A DNA stretch of 64,000 nucleotides from Bacteroidota bacterium (GCA_017860455.1 JAGDMF010000006.1:87028-151027); one strand, 5' to 3'. Counted from the first letter of the stretch, positions 1-8,950 are shown. Notes: generated by a model not told the origin, from the letters alone. Numbers and translations: made by a program.

Positions 1-45
1 GGATGCCTGATTGTCATGGTAGATTATAATTTCGTCTTTCATCAT
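1..45 (-). CDS. hypothetical protein, 5' end only (gene continues beyond left edge)
   Basis: ATGATG at 45..40 on the minus strand opens the frame MMKDEIIIYHDNQAS, which runs to the window edge. A -7-type box lies just upstream at 64-71. Confidence 0.3.
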   Translation of the reverse strand, partial: MMKDEIIIYHDNQAS

Positions 46-63
46 ATAGTTAGTTTAGTTGTG

Positions 64-71
64 CAAATATA
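64..71 (-). promoter_or_regulatory. Bacteroidota -7 promoter box (TAnnTTTG)
   Basis: Plus strand reads CAAATATA, which is TATATTTG on the minus strand, ~20 nt upstream of the ATG at 45. Confidence 0.45.
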
Positions 72-104
72 AAAAAAGGTTTTGAATAATCAAGAAAAAA
101 AATA

Positions 105-303
105 GGGCAAAGGGCTAAAGGCAAAGGGCAAAAATGGGACAAGGGGAAAGGAAAAAGTCTGAAGACGGCAGACAGCAGACTGCAGACTTATTTAGAACTT
201 CGAACGTTTATCGTTGAACCGCTTCTGTCACCAGTCTCCTATCTCCCGTCTCTAGTCTGCATTAGGGCGCAGGCTATATACCCCTAAAGTTGAGCTTCTT
301 AGA
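105..303 (+). repeat. composite modular repeat, copy 1 (GGCAAAGG words, GCAGAC words, TCGAACGTT pair, CT-rich CAGTCTCC words, truncated GC-rich core)
   Basis: Same module order as 13289-13617. The core part (259-302, gcattagggcgcagg...cttag) is cut off against the stop codon of 314..751. Confidence 0.8.
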
Positions 304-313
304 ATACTGGTTG

Positions 314-751
314 CTATTCTTTCATTAAATCTTCAAGAATCGTAATTGAGTCTGTAATACACTTTTCGCAGATGGTTTCAAATAGGTTATTTTCCTTTGC
401 GAACCGCTGCCCTTTTTCTGTTTTTAAATCACAGTTTAGGAGTCTTTTGCAGTTTATGGTTCCATGTAATGACACAAAACGATCACTAAATGACTGTATC
501 ATGGAATAGGTATGATCCTTTCTGATTTTATTATCTGCATATTTTTGACAATTGTAAATTCCAAGAACCATAAACGAGCCGGTGACCGCACCACAAGTTT
601 CCTGTAATCGTCCCATTCCGCCACCAAATCCAATCGAAACACTTTTTGCGATGCCGGAATCCAGATGTAAATCCTCTGAAAATGTTGTTAATACTGCCTG
701 AGCACAGTTTAAACCGGACTTAAATAAATCGAGAGCAATTTTTTCTTTCAT
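314..751 (-). CDS. C_GCAxxG_C_C family protein
   Basis: 145-aa ORF. NCAQAV, ETCGAVTG and the C-terminal CEKC cysteines fit the C_GCAxxG_C_C signature. Confidence 0.8.
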   Translation of the reverse strand: MKEKIALDLFKSGLNCAQAVLTTFSEDLHLDSGIAKSVSIGFGGGMGRLQETCGAVTGSFMVLGIYNCQKYADNKIRKDHTYSMIQSFSDRFVSLHGTINCKRLLNCDLKTEKGQRFAKENNLFETICEKCITDSITILEDLMKE

Positions 752-785
752 TGTTATTCTATATCTTTATTTTCAATCAATTGTT

Positions 786-1130
786 TCAATTCTCATCAAC
801 TTTATAATGAGACCAGCTTAATTTGAATTCGTCAGACAGTGTCTGACGTTTTGAATAGGTCAAATAAAACGTTCTCATTTGTTTGAGATTTGTTGTTGAA
901 AACCCTTTCCCATATTCATTTGATAATCTTTCTGATAAGTCAGAAATTAGTTGTTTTCCATATTCAGCACGTTCTTTCCCATTTTGTTCTTCTTCAACAA
1001 TGAGTTTTCCAATTTCGAAGTAGGTTCTTGTCATTGTACTATTAATCGAATGCAAAACATTGTTCCTTGCATTGGATAATAAATCTTTAACTTGGGAATA
1101 TAATCTGTTAATTTGAACCAAATTTGACAT
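786..1130 (-). pseudogene. DUF1016/YhcG-type PD-(D/E)xK nuclease, N-terminal fragment only
   Basis: The 114-aa ORF (YFEIGKLIVEEEQNGKERAEYGKQLI...LSWSHY) matches only the N-terminal domain of ~340-aa family members. The nuclease domain is missing. Confidence 0.55.
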
Positions 1131-1268
1131 AATCTTTTAATTTTTTCACAAAGATAATATATTTTTTATTTTTAAATACATTGGTATCTTGATTTCAAAA
1201 CCTTTAAAAGTGGATACTAAGATCCTTAAATTTTTTAAGATCAAGTGTCGAGTGAGTATTTGTTTTTT

Positions 1269-1664
1269 TTATTTATTTAGAAATTCAAATTCATTAATTG
1301 TAGTTTTTTTGGTTAATTGAACTGAATTTTGATTTTTGTCAGTATAGCCAATGACTACAAAATTTTTAAAAACTAACAATCTAAAATCATTATTAGTCAA
1401 AGAAATTGGTGGTTTAGCAAAAGAAGTATATGAATTTTCCCATCCTTTGGAATTTTTAGCTAACCAATCGTAAAACTTTTTAAATTCTTTTGAATCTTTT
1501 GAAATAATTCTTGTGGATATACTATCTAATTCTGAAGAGCTTTTCATCAAATAATTTATTGTTAAATCAGAATTTAAAAAATTCAGACCTTTGATATCAA
1601 CTGATTGCATACAAGACTGAAATACAATAAAAATAACATTCAACAAGAATAGTAATCTTTTCAT
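1269..1664 (-). CDS. hypothetical lipoprotein
   Basis: 131-aa ORF with a signal peptide ending FQSC. Its start overlaps the upstream stop (ATGA). Confidence 0.6.
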   Translation of the reverse strand: MKRLLFLLNVIFIVFQSCMQSVDIKGLNFLNSDLTINYLMKSSSELDSISTRIISKDSKEFKKFYDWLAKNSKGWENSYTSFAKPPISLTNNDFRLLVFKNFVVIGYTDKNQNSVQLTKKTTINEFEFLNK

Positions 1665-2041
1665 TATTTTCCGTGAGTTAATTTAATTATTTCTCCATTT
1701 TTGGAATTTATTATTATGAGAAATGTACCTCCACGCATCCCTTTAGGTAAAGTTCCCCCAATGATCCAATATTCGTCAATTTTATAAATCTCATAAGGTT
1801 TTTGTTTTTCTATGTTTTTTTGTCCATAGATTTCAAAAAGAATAGTTTCTGCATATTTTACGGCAGTCTCTTGTGTCTTTATAACTGTATCAACCAGTAT
1901 TAATTTTTCTGATGAGTTATGCAGTGCTGAATCTAATTCCTGTTTTGCGTAATCAAATCCCAATTTTGTTCTGCCAGTCTGTGAACAAGAAATCAAAACT
2001 AATGTAAAAATCGTTACTATTAAAATATTGGGTTTCATCAT
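1664..2041 (-). CDS. NTF2-fold immunity-protein-like lipoprotein
   Basis: 125-aa ORF with lipobox LISC. The C-terminal PYEIYKIDEYWIIGGTLPKGMRGGTFLIIINSKNGEIIKLTHGK resembles Imm-NTF2-type immunity proteins (recalled, not searched). Confidence 0.5.
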   Translation of the reverse strand: MMKPNILIVTIFTLVLISCSQTGRTKLGFDYAKQELDSALHNSSEKLILVDTVIKTQETAVKYAETILFEIYGQKNIEKQKPYEIYKIDEYWIIGGTLPKGMRGGTFLIIINSKNGEIIKLTHGK

Positions 2042-2124
2042 TTAGGTATTTTTACTTTTATATATTTTTTAGAGTTATACTTTACGTATAAATAATCATT
2101 CTTGAGATAAGACTCATCTATGCT

Positions 2125-2304
2125 TTAAATGTAACAGGGAATAAAACTGAACTTTTCAACAAGATAAGGTATATCATTTTTTATGTTCCATATTTCTATA
2201 AAAGCCGTTCCATCCGTATAGGCACCTTCTTCACACAGATACCTATCGCCAAATATTTTTGGATATCCGACCAAAGTGTCAATTTTATTGAAAGAAATTT
2301 TCAT
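2125..2304 (-). CDS. small hypothetical protein (59 aa, below ORF-track cutoff)
   Basis: Hand translation gives MKISFNKIDTLVGYPKIFGDRYLCEEGAYTDGTAFIEIWNIKNDIPYLVEKFSFIPCYI. The ATG overlaps the stop of 2301..2807 (ATGA). Confidence 0.3.
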   Translation of the reverse strand: MKISFNKIDTLVGYPKIFGDRYLCEEGAYTDGTAFIEIWNIKNDIPYLVEKFSFIPCYI

Positions 2305-2807
2305 GGTACAATGTCGAACAATGTTTCATTATTGTTTTTAAATAGCTCAATTTGAATCTTTTCTCCTATTCGGGTGATATCATCTAAGGTAGAATTAGTC
2401 TCTATCCGCAAAACAGGTGCTGATTTTTCTGACTTATATTGAGGTTTGTTATTATAAGTTGTCATTGCCCATTTGAAATTATTTGTATTTGCAAAATTTT
2501 TCAATTTGTCTACGAAAGGTATTTGTTCTTCCACCATCGCTTCAAATTCGATGTTAAATTTTCCATTTTCAAAAACAAAGTATATACAATCTATTCCGTT
2601 TGAAGTAATCCCTATAAATGGATATTCAGTGTTCCCATTTTGAAGTTTCATCAATGCATTATGAAGTCCATTGATTTTTATTCTTTCAGCCATCTGAATC
2701 ATAGGTTGGTTTGTATTTGATTCCTTATTCTGACTATTATTTTTATCTTGGATTTGACCACAACTTGTAAGAAGAGTAATCATTATTAGAATTGGGATCG
2801 TTTTCAT
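2301..2807 (-). CDS. hypothetical lipoprotein
   Basis: 168-aa ORF with signal peptide and lipobox LLTSC. Confidence 0.6.
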   Translation of the reverse strand: MKTIPILIMITLLTSCGQIQDKNNSQNKESNTNQPMIQMAERIKINGLHNALMKLQNGNTEYPFIGITSNGIDCIYFVFENGKFNIEFEAMVEEQIPFVDKLKNFANTNNFKWAMTTYNNKPQYKSEKSAPVLRIETNSTLDDITRIGEKIQIELFKNNNETLFDIVP

Positions 2808-2922
2808 TTCAGCTTATTTTTTTAGTTCGTTAGGGTTTTTTACAATGATGTATTCAACCCAGGTATTATTTAATTGGGATTGTTCTAAAATCTGTATCAT
2901 CTTTTTGCAATTTTAGTTCAGG

Positions 2923-3732
2923 TTAGTTGCTGGTATTTGTATTATGTATCGTAAATTTAATTAATTTATGTTTACTAATAAATCCATTTTTTTCAAGAGT
3001 TCTTTGGGATGCAACATTCTCAATTGCACAACCACAAATAGGGATCCAGTTATTTATTATACAAGTTTCCTTTAAATAGGATATGATCATAGTTGCAATT
3101 CCTTGATTTCTAAAATCAGGATTTACCCACATTCCAATATCAAAGTAATTATAATGATCATGAACTTTTATCAAATATCCACATCCCAGCAATTGGGAAT
3201 CCCTGAAAAACATTATAATATTATTTCCATTTACAAATCTTTTAAGTTCCTCAGGTGTTTCATATAATTCACCTTTTTGTTGAAGCAAAAAAATATAATC
3301 TTTCTCCTCAGCAAATCTAATTGTCATATTATCCATTGTAAATTTATCAGTAGTAACATAATTCCTATACAAGGAGCCGATCAATGTATATGGATAAGAA
3401 TTTATAAAACAGCAATTTAACAACAAAGAATCAAAAGACTTACAATAAATAGTTTGAATTGCTAACTCATTAACAATGAATTGAAAAGCATCAGAACAAA
3501 TGGGAACATATTTGTCTATGATATAAAATTCAATCAATATATTATCAACAGTTATTATTGAATAACCTATGAGGTTGCCGTTAAACTCAATTTTATAAAT
3601 TGTAGAATCATCAATAAACATTTCCAAAAACAACTCTTGAAATTCAATTAAAGAATCCAGGTAGTCAAACCGCAATGAACTTATTTCGTTTAATTCTACT
3701 TTTAATATCTGTATCATTTTAATTATTTGCAA
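2923..3732 (-). CDS. GNAT family N-acetyltransferase
   Basis: 269-aa ORF. The C-terminal half carries an acetyl-CoA-binding-type motif (GMWVNPDFRNQGIATMII...LEKNGF). Confidence 0.7.
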   Translation of the reverse strand: MQIIKMIQILKVELNEISSLRFDYLDSLIEFQELFLEMFIDDSTIYKIEFNGNLIGYSIITVDNILIEFYIIDKYVPICSDAFQFIVNELAIQTIYCKSFDSLLLNCCFINSYPYTLIGSLYRNYVTTDKFTMDNMTIRFAEEKDYIFLLQQKGELYETPEELKRFVNGNNIIMFFRDSQLLGCGYLIKVHDHYNYFDIGMWVNPDFRNQGIATMIISYLKETCIINNWIPICGCAIENVASQRTLEKNGFISKHKLIKFTIHNTNTSN

Positions 3733-3745
3733 TTTATAATGGGAC

Positions 3746-4171
3746 TTAAAGTCTGATAAAGGGGTTAATTTGTTTATTATCTAAACATTTTACACCTTTT
3801 GTTGATTTCTTGTTTAGCCATTTTGTCAATATTAGATATGCCATTTCCCATGAACAGATAATAAGAATAAAAAATAAAAAATTAAACAATAAATCTGTTT
3901 CAATTATATCAAAAAAAAGAGGAGAAACCCACCATAAGCCACCAAAGGATATAATTGATAATACCAGCGGTACAATTAATTTAAAAATTGCTTTTGTTTT
4001 TAAAAAAAATAAACCAAAAATATAATGTGGAATTAAATATACAAAAATGTAAAAATCAAAAATTTTAAAATTATGAATACTTAAGAAGAAAGCTAACCAC
4101 ATCAATAAAAAACTAATTGCACTGAATCTTGCATAATATAACAACCTTTTTACAAATGGTATTCTTTGCAT
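3746..4171 (-). CDS. hypothetical membrane protein
   Basis: 141-aa ORF made almost entirely of hydrophobic helices. Confidence 0.55.
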   Translation of the reverse strand: MQRIPFVKRLLYYARFSAISFLLMWLAFFLSIHNFKIFDFYIFVYLIPHYIFGLFFLKTKAIFKLIVPLVLSIISFGGLWWVSPLFFDIIETDLLFNFLFFILIICSWEMAYLILTKWLNKKSTKGVKCLDNKQINPFIRL

Positions 4172-4256
4172 ATTTTCATTGGGTTACCCCTGTTTTTCGG
4201 ACTAGAATTAGTTTAATTTATGGTTGCAAATATACATTTTTTATTAATGTGCTAAT

Positions 4257-4325
4257 TAGGCGAAAGGGACAAGGGGAAAGGGGGAAGGAAGAAGTCGGCA
4301 GACGGCGGTCGGCAGACTTATTTAT
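4257..4325 (+). repeat. partial composite repeat (GGCGAAAGG-type words + GTCGGCAGAC words + ttattta)
   Basis: aggcgaaagggacaaggggaaagg...gtcggcagacggcggtcggcagacttattta matches the first modules of 105-303 and 13289-13617. Confidence 0.75.
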
Positions 4326-4336
4326 AACATAATCCA

Positions 4337-4762
4337 TTAGTTTTTTATTTGTGGAAAATACTCATTTTTATGACCACAATTCAAACAAACTTCTCTATGA
4401 ACACATAATAAGTGACCACACTTTTTACATTTCCATTTTTCTTTCTCCAAATCAATGAATTGTTGTAATCCCATCTCTTTTATTTTCTCCAGGTTTTGAA
4501 TTGGACTTTCCCCATATTTTAAAATATAACGTTTATCCAAATCTTTAATCCGCCTACAAGGAAACTTAATGCACTCATAGCAGAGTAATGCTTCGTTTCC
4601 CTTTTTTTCAGCACATGACTTAATGCTACATACAGTACAATGATATGGCTTATTCCCGGTATTTAAGCATCCGACACATTTATTTTTCTCTCGCTGATAA
4701 CCAAGACAAATATCACAGATAACGCCACAAGGAGCGATACTTAAATGTTTCATCATTTTCAT
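4337..4762 (-). CDS. DUF3795-like cysteine-rich protein
   Basis: 141-aa ORF with clustered CxxC motifs (CGVICDIC, CVGC, CTVCSIKSC, CYECIKFPC, CKKCGH, CLNC). Confidence 0.65.
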   Translation of the reverse strand: MKMMKHLSIAPCGVICDICLGYQREKNKCVGCLNTGNKPYHCTVCSIKSCAEKKGNEALLCYECIKFPCRRIKDLDKRYILKYGESPIQNLEKIKEMGLQQFIDLEKEKWKCKKCGHLLCVHREVCLNCGHKNEYFPQIKN

Positions 4763-4953
4763 TTCAAATTATTTAATATTACTCCGACCATTACTCATTC
4801 ATTTTTAGTTTTATAATACAACGTTTTCTTCTTTGTCAGTCCTTTTTGTAAGTCAATTAAAATTAATGTTTTCATGTTGTAATTTAGGTTTGGTGTATGA
4901 AGTATTACGGCAAATTGTATGAGTAGTGGCAGATTGCGTGGTAGTTACATGTC

Positions 4954-4978
4954 AAACCGCTACGCAGTTTGAGCGGGC
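4954..4978 (-). terminator. weak candidate terminator hairpin downstream of the PIN-like gene
   Basis: The minus strand reads CCGCT-caaactgcgt-AGCGG followed by TTTG. The stem is only 5 bp. Confidence 0.3.
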
Positions 4979-5015
4979 TACAGACCTTGATATTTAGCAC
5001 ATTGCCTGCCATTAC

Positions 5016-6125
5016 TTATACAAAATGTTGTGCATAGTTTTTATTTATTTTATTTATCTGACAACTCTTAACATTTAAATCATTGTCCACTATCAATGAC
5101 ATTGACATCGATACTAAAATTTCAGTTTCTGCAAGCATTACCCATTTATTCCAATCAGAATCTTGAATAGAAATATGTTTGGTATTTTCCATTGACCAAT
5201 ATTCACTTTTTTCTATAAAAAAATCTATCATTGTATTTACGTCAAATTCAACATCTACTAAGAAATCCGTTGCATTCAGTTTTTTTACTGAAATAATTTT
5301 TTCTTCAAAGTCGTCGTAAATACTATTTACAGTCGGTTCGCTAGAATCATATTCACGTTCTTCATCACTTTCGAATAATTCTGAACCAACATATTTATCA
5401 AATAAATAATCAGTTATTACCGTATGTAAATCAAAATTCCAAAGCTCTTTTTGTTTTAATTTCTTTTCGAAGCTTTTAGATTGAGCAAAGAATAGCTTAG
5501 TCTGTTTGTCATTAAACTCACTCAAACTTGGATATACAATAATAGATTTCGAATCATAATCTTCGTTTTCCAATTCAGATATCAAATCGGGATGTAATTC
5601 ATATTCACTGGTTGCAAAATCTTTGTAATTATTTGAAATAAACACAAGTTCAGGTTGAGAAACGGCACTCTCACAGTCAGTCAATAATTCTTTAATATTT
5701 TCCCAAATAAGACAGTCCCTATAACCTTTTTCATTTGAATTGAATGGTTTTATCTTATTGATAGATTTATTGGCTAAAAATTTATGTTCTGTTTTTGGAT
5801 ATTTGATTACAATAATTGAATTATCTTTTACAATCTTTAATAAGTGCTTTTGATAAGTCGAAACAGATTTATCAATCATAGCTTTTGTTAGAGGATTTTT
5901 TTCTTTCTCTCGTGTTAGTTTTTTAAATGCGTTTAATTCTGAATCTATTATTCGTACTGAATCTTCAAGTCTTTTACTGAATTTATTAACAACTTCATCC
6001 AATACAACTTCGGGGATGTAAATAATAACATCTCCCTTTTTCGCGCTTTCAAATAGAAGTTTAAAATTGGTCGTCACTAACCAAAAATCAGCGATTATAA
6101 TATTTGAATCAAGTACTACTTTCAT
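5016..6125 (-). CDS. PIN-like domain protein (DUF4935-type), candidate defence nuclease
   Basis: 369-aa ORF. The N-terminus VVLDSNIIIADF...YIPEVVLDEV, plus GYRDCLIWENI and FISNNYKDF, fit the PIN-like DUF4935 pattern. The C-terminal ~170 aa is unassigned. Confidence 0.7.
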   Translation of the reverse strand: MKVVLDSNIIIADFWLVTTNFKLLFESAKKGDVIIYIPEVVLDEVVNKFSKRLEDSVRIIDSELNAFKKLTREKEKNPLTKAMIDKSVSTYQKHLLKIVKDNSIIVIKYPKTEHKFLANKSINKIKPFNSNEKGYRDCLIWENIKELLTDCESAVSQPELVFISNNYKDFATSEYELHPDLISELENEDYDSKSIIVYPSLSEFNDKQTKLFFAQSKSFEKKLKQKELWNFDLHTVITDYLFDKYVGSELFESDEEREYDSSEPTVNSIYDDFEEKIISVKKLNATDFLVDVEFDVNTMIDFFIEKSEYWSMENTKHISIQDSDWNKWVMLAETEILVSMSMSLIVDNDLNVKSCQINKINKNYAQHFV

Positions 6126-6146
6126 TTTGTCAAATTATGCACAACG

Positions 6147-6492
6147 GTTGGCGGTATGGTTAGTTGCCGATTTCGAAGCACTTTCCTATCAAGTTACAAG
6201 TACTTTTGATACGAGCTGTGCCGCTCGAATACGCACTGCACCGGCAATTAACTATACCGCGTGTTACCGCCTGGTGTTCTGTCCTCCAGTCCTGTAAACC
6301 ATTGTCTTTATTTACTTTACATTTCATTGTCTTGTTACTTTTATCTTTACTGTCGGCTTGTGTGTTTGCGTTTTTTATTTTTTTAAGTGTCGGCAAATTT
6401 TTTAATTCAATTTCTCTTGGTGTGTTGGCTTTGCAAGCTCTTTGACAAAGCTTTGGTTAAAGCGTTGGCTCGTGGGGCTTTGGCAATGTGCT
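6147..6492 (-). promoter_or_regulatory. array of GCCRAC-core motifs in the 415-bp spacer between the 802-aa gene and the PIN-like gene
   Basis: GTYGGC occurs on the plus strand at 6147, 6352, 6389, 6424 and 6464, all in the same orientation, plus GGCAATGTGCT at 6482-6492. The spacer is visibly more GC-rich than its flanks. Confidence 0.5.
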
Positions 6493-6541
6493 TTCAAGTG
6501 AGTAGGCTTATAAAAATATTTATCTTTCATAGCAATACAAA

Positions 6542-8950
6542 TTATTCTTCTTTTTCTTCTTCATCGTTTGTTTTCATTGATAATAAGCGTTTTTTGACAG
6601 CATCTCTTTCTTTTGGGTCTTGCACATCTTTAGAGAGAAAATCAGCCATGAAAGTTTTAAAATATTCATTAAAACGCTTTACATAGTCCTTTGCTTTCTT
6701 AGCTAAACTTTCATCTGTATAATTTATCATTGTTCTTAATGCCAAATAGATTCTATAGAGTAAGTTGAAGTTGTTTTCATCAAAAGCCCTGTTGTATAGG
6801 ATTTCAATTTCATCAGGAATTTGCATAAAACACTTTTGAATTGACTGAACAATTGGTTCAATAATTCCTTCATGACCACTAACTATATGGCCAACTCCAT
6901 CCCAATCAAAACTTTCATAGTGTTTCATGTTTTTTAATGACCTTACATCTGCTCTACGAAGAAAGTGCTTATTAGAACCAACTTCATTAAGAAGATAGAG
7001 GTGGAATGCATAAACGGAATATTCTATATTGCCAACTAATCCCAATGGATAACCAGCTAACTGAGATAAAATTGCATAGGGTAAAAAATCGGAAACAAAA
7101 CCTCCTTCATCCATATCGTCATCAAAATTAATTTGGATGTGTCCGATACCTTCTGAATACATCAACACTTTAGTTCCTTTTCCAATTTTTTCTAAATGTG
7201 GTGGAATTTTTATAAGTTCTTGAACTAATTCGGAGAATAGATTCACTTCACCATTATGGGCTAATTTCATTAAAACACCAGTTGCTACAATATCGCAATA
7301 TGGTATTGGAGTTACAGTATCAATAAGTGTTTTACAAATTTCTTGAATTGGTCTTTTTTCTTTGCCTTCTATTAAAATTATTTCTGTTACCGATTCAATT
7401 GAATGTTTTGCAACAAGTTCTGGAATTTTAGGATAGATGACAGTCATTCCATTTCTTAGTTCCCGTAAGACAACGACTGATGATTTTATGAGCTTTTCAA
7501 AATCATCGGGAAAATTCTTCTTGAAGGTTTCTTTTGAAATTGCACCGCTACCAGATGCCACAATACTTAAATCAGCATCTGCTTTTCTCAATTCAAACTC
7601 AGCAAAAAAACAAGATGCAATTTTGCGATACAAGTCGTGAACTTGTCTTGTATAAGTTTTGTTTTCTGAAATAGTATTCAAAAGGGTGAAGTCGGGAACG
7701 GCAATGACTTTTGTGAATTGCCCTGCTTCAATATCTCCGGTAAGAAGAGAAGCTAAATGTCTTACAATTCTTGGCTCACGATATTCAGGTGTAAAGTGTC
7801 CACCATGTTCAATTAAAACTTGAAATTTGTTTAGCAGTAAATTATTTGTTTCGTTGTATTCATCGTCATCAAGCTCATCCAACTTGACTATTTTACTTTG
7901 CTCACCGATGAGTGTCTTGTATTGCCTGTTTGCAACAAATGCTATTTCCTTGAAATTGAATTCATCTATGCTGTAAAGAGTATGATGATTAACTCCTTTG
8001 AAGATGTCAATAAGCTCAATAATTTCTGCTTTGATTACTTCGGGGATTTCATTATTGAAATTGTCTAAGAGCAAATAGAATTTACTATCAGGTGAATTGC
8101 TTAATGAGTTAATTAGCCATTCTCTAATTTTGTCTTTGTTAATTGAAATTTTAGAACTTTCAGAAAAATGATTTGCTAATTGCTGAAAGATAGAATAGTT
8201 GTGGTCGATACAATCTAAATATAGAATAAAGCTTTTAGCTGATTTAGTTTTTGTAAAAAACTCGTAAAGTAGATTTGTTTTTCCACTAAAAGCAGAACCT
8301 ATTAAACCGACTAATGCAGCTTTATTCGAAAAATGAGTATGAATTTTAGCGACTACTTTTCTATCAATTCTAAAATCAAGGCAAATGGGTTTAGTGAAGT
8401 CGTCAATTGTTCCAAAGAATCTTTCAAATCTTTTTGCACTGATTTGATTAATTACTTGTGAGAATAATTCGGGTTCATTATTCAGTAATAGATTGACTGC
8501 ATCTTTGAAATCATTTGTTGCAAGTTGAAAGGAATTGTCAGTTAGTTTTTGAATAAATTCAAAGTCAAGATTATTGGCTTCAATTTTTTCTTTCGAATAT
8601 GTATTGTAAAACTGATTGTCTATGCCATTTGAAATTAATGTCAGTGGTGGCATTGGATGCAACAATCTTGCATACGAAATTCCTTGGTCAACATCCTCTT
8701 GAGTAAGTTTTAGACCTTCTTTTTTTAATTCAAGCAAAATTGTATTCACATTTCCTATTGTTAATAGAATATCAAATATTGCTCTTGATGGATATTGGGA
8801 GGGTTCTTTCAAATCCACAAGAACATGATGATGTCCAAATTGTATACTGAAGGATTTTTGATGTTCTACTTTTACTTCTTTAAAGGTTGGAAAGACTGAA
8901 GTTAATACTCTATCAATTCTTGCCTCTAGCGTTGCTTCATTTACTGCCAT
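6542..8950 (-). CDS. HsdR-N-like PD-(D/E)xK nuclease domain + P-loop NTPase + large uncharacterised C-terminal region
   Basis: 802-aa ORF. The N-terminus has D60...E74-L-K76...Q84...Y93...SNG(107-109), matching the type I restriction HsdR N-terminal-like pattern. Walker A is GSAFSGKT (aa 218-225, nt 8276-8299) and Walker B-like is FYLLLD (aa 291-296). The gene starts 46 nt after the gajB-like stop. Confidence 0.7.
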   Translation of the reverse strand: MAVNEATLEARIDRVLTSVFPTFKEVKVEHQKSFSIQFGHHHVLVDLKEPSQYPSRAIFDILLTIGNVNTILLELKKEGLKLTQEDVDQGISYARLLHPMPPLTLISNGIDNQFYNTYSKEKIEANNLDFEFIQKLTDNSFQLATNDFKDAVNLLLNNEPELFSQVINQISAKRFERFFGTIDDFTKPICLDFRIDRKVVAKIHTHFSNKAALVGLIGSAFSGKTNLLYEFFTKTKSAKSFILYLDCIDHNYSIFQQLANHFSESSKISINKDKIREWLINSLSNSPDSKFYLLLDNFNNEIPEVIKAEIIELIDIFKGVNHHTLYSIDEFNFKEIAFVANRQYKTLIGEQSKIVKLDELDDDEYNETNNLLLNKFQVLIEHGGHFTPEYREPRIVRHLASLLTGDIEAGQFTKVIAVPDFTLLNTISENKTYTRQVHDLYRKIASCFFAEFELRKADADLSIVASGSGAISKETFKKNFPDDFEKLIKSSVVVLRELRNGMTVIYPKIPELVAKHSIESVTEIILIEGKEKRPIQEICKTLIDTVTPIPYCDIVATGVLMKLAHNGEVNLFSELVQELIKIPPHLEKIGKGTKVLMYSEGIGHIQINFDDDMDEGGFVSDFLPYAILSQLAGYPLGLVGNIEYSVYAFHLYLLNEVGSNKHFLRRADVRSLKNMKHYESFDWDGVGHIVSGHEGIIEPIVQSIQKCFMQIPDEIEILYNRAFDENNFNLLYRIYLALRTMINYTDESLAKKAKDYVKRFNEYFKTFMADFLSKDVQDPKERDAVKKRLLSMKTNDEEEKEE

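Noticed and set aside
6067-6686. ORFs 6067..6297(+), 6160..6396(-), 6164..6445(+) and 6387..6686(+) in the defence-cluster spacer
   Set aside because: They are mutually overlapping on both strands, several use non-ATG starts, and none has a recognisable motif. The region is treated as non-coding. The Cys-containing 55-aa sub-ORF from the ATG at 6327 cannot be excluded.
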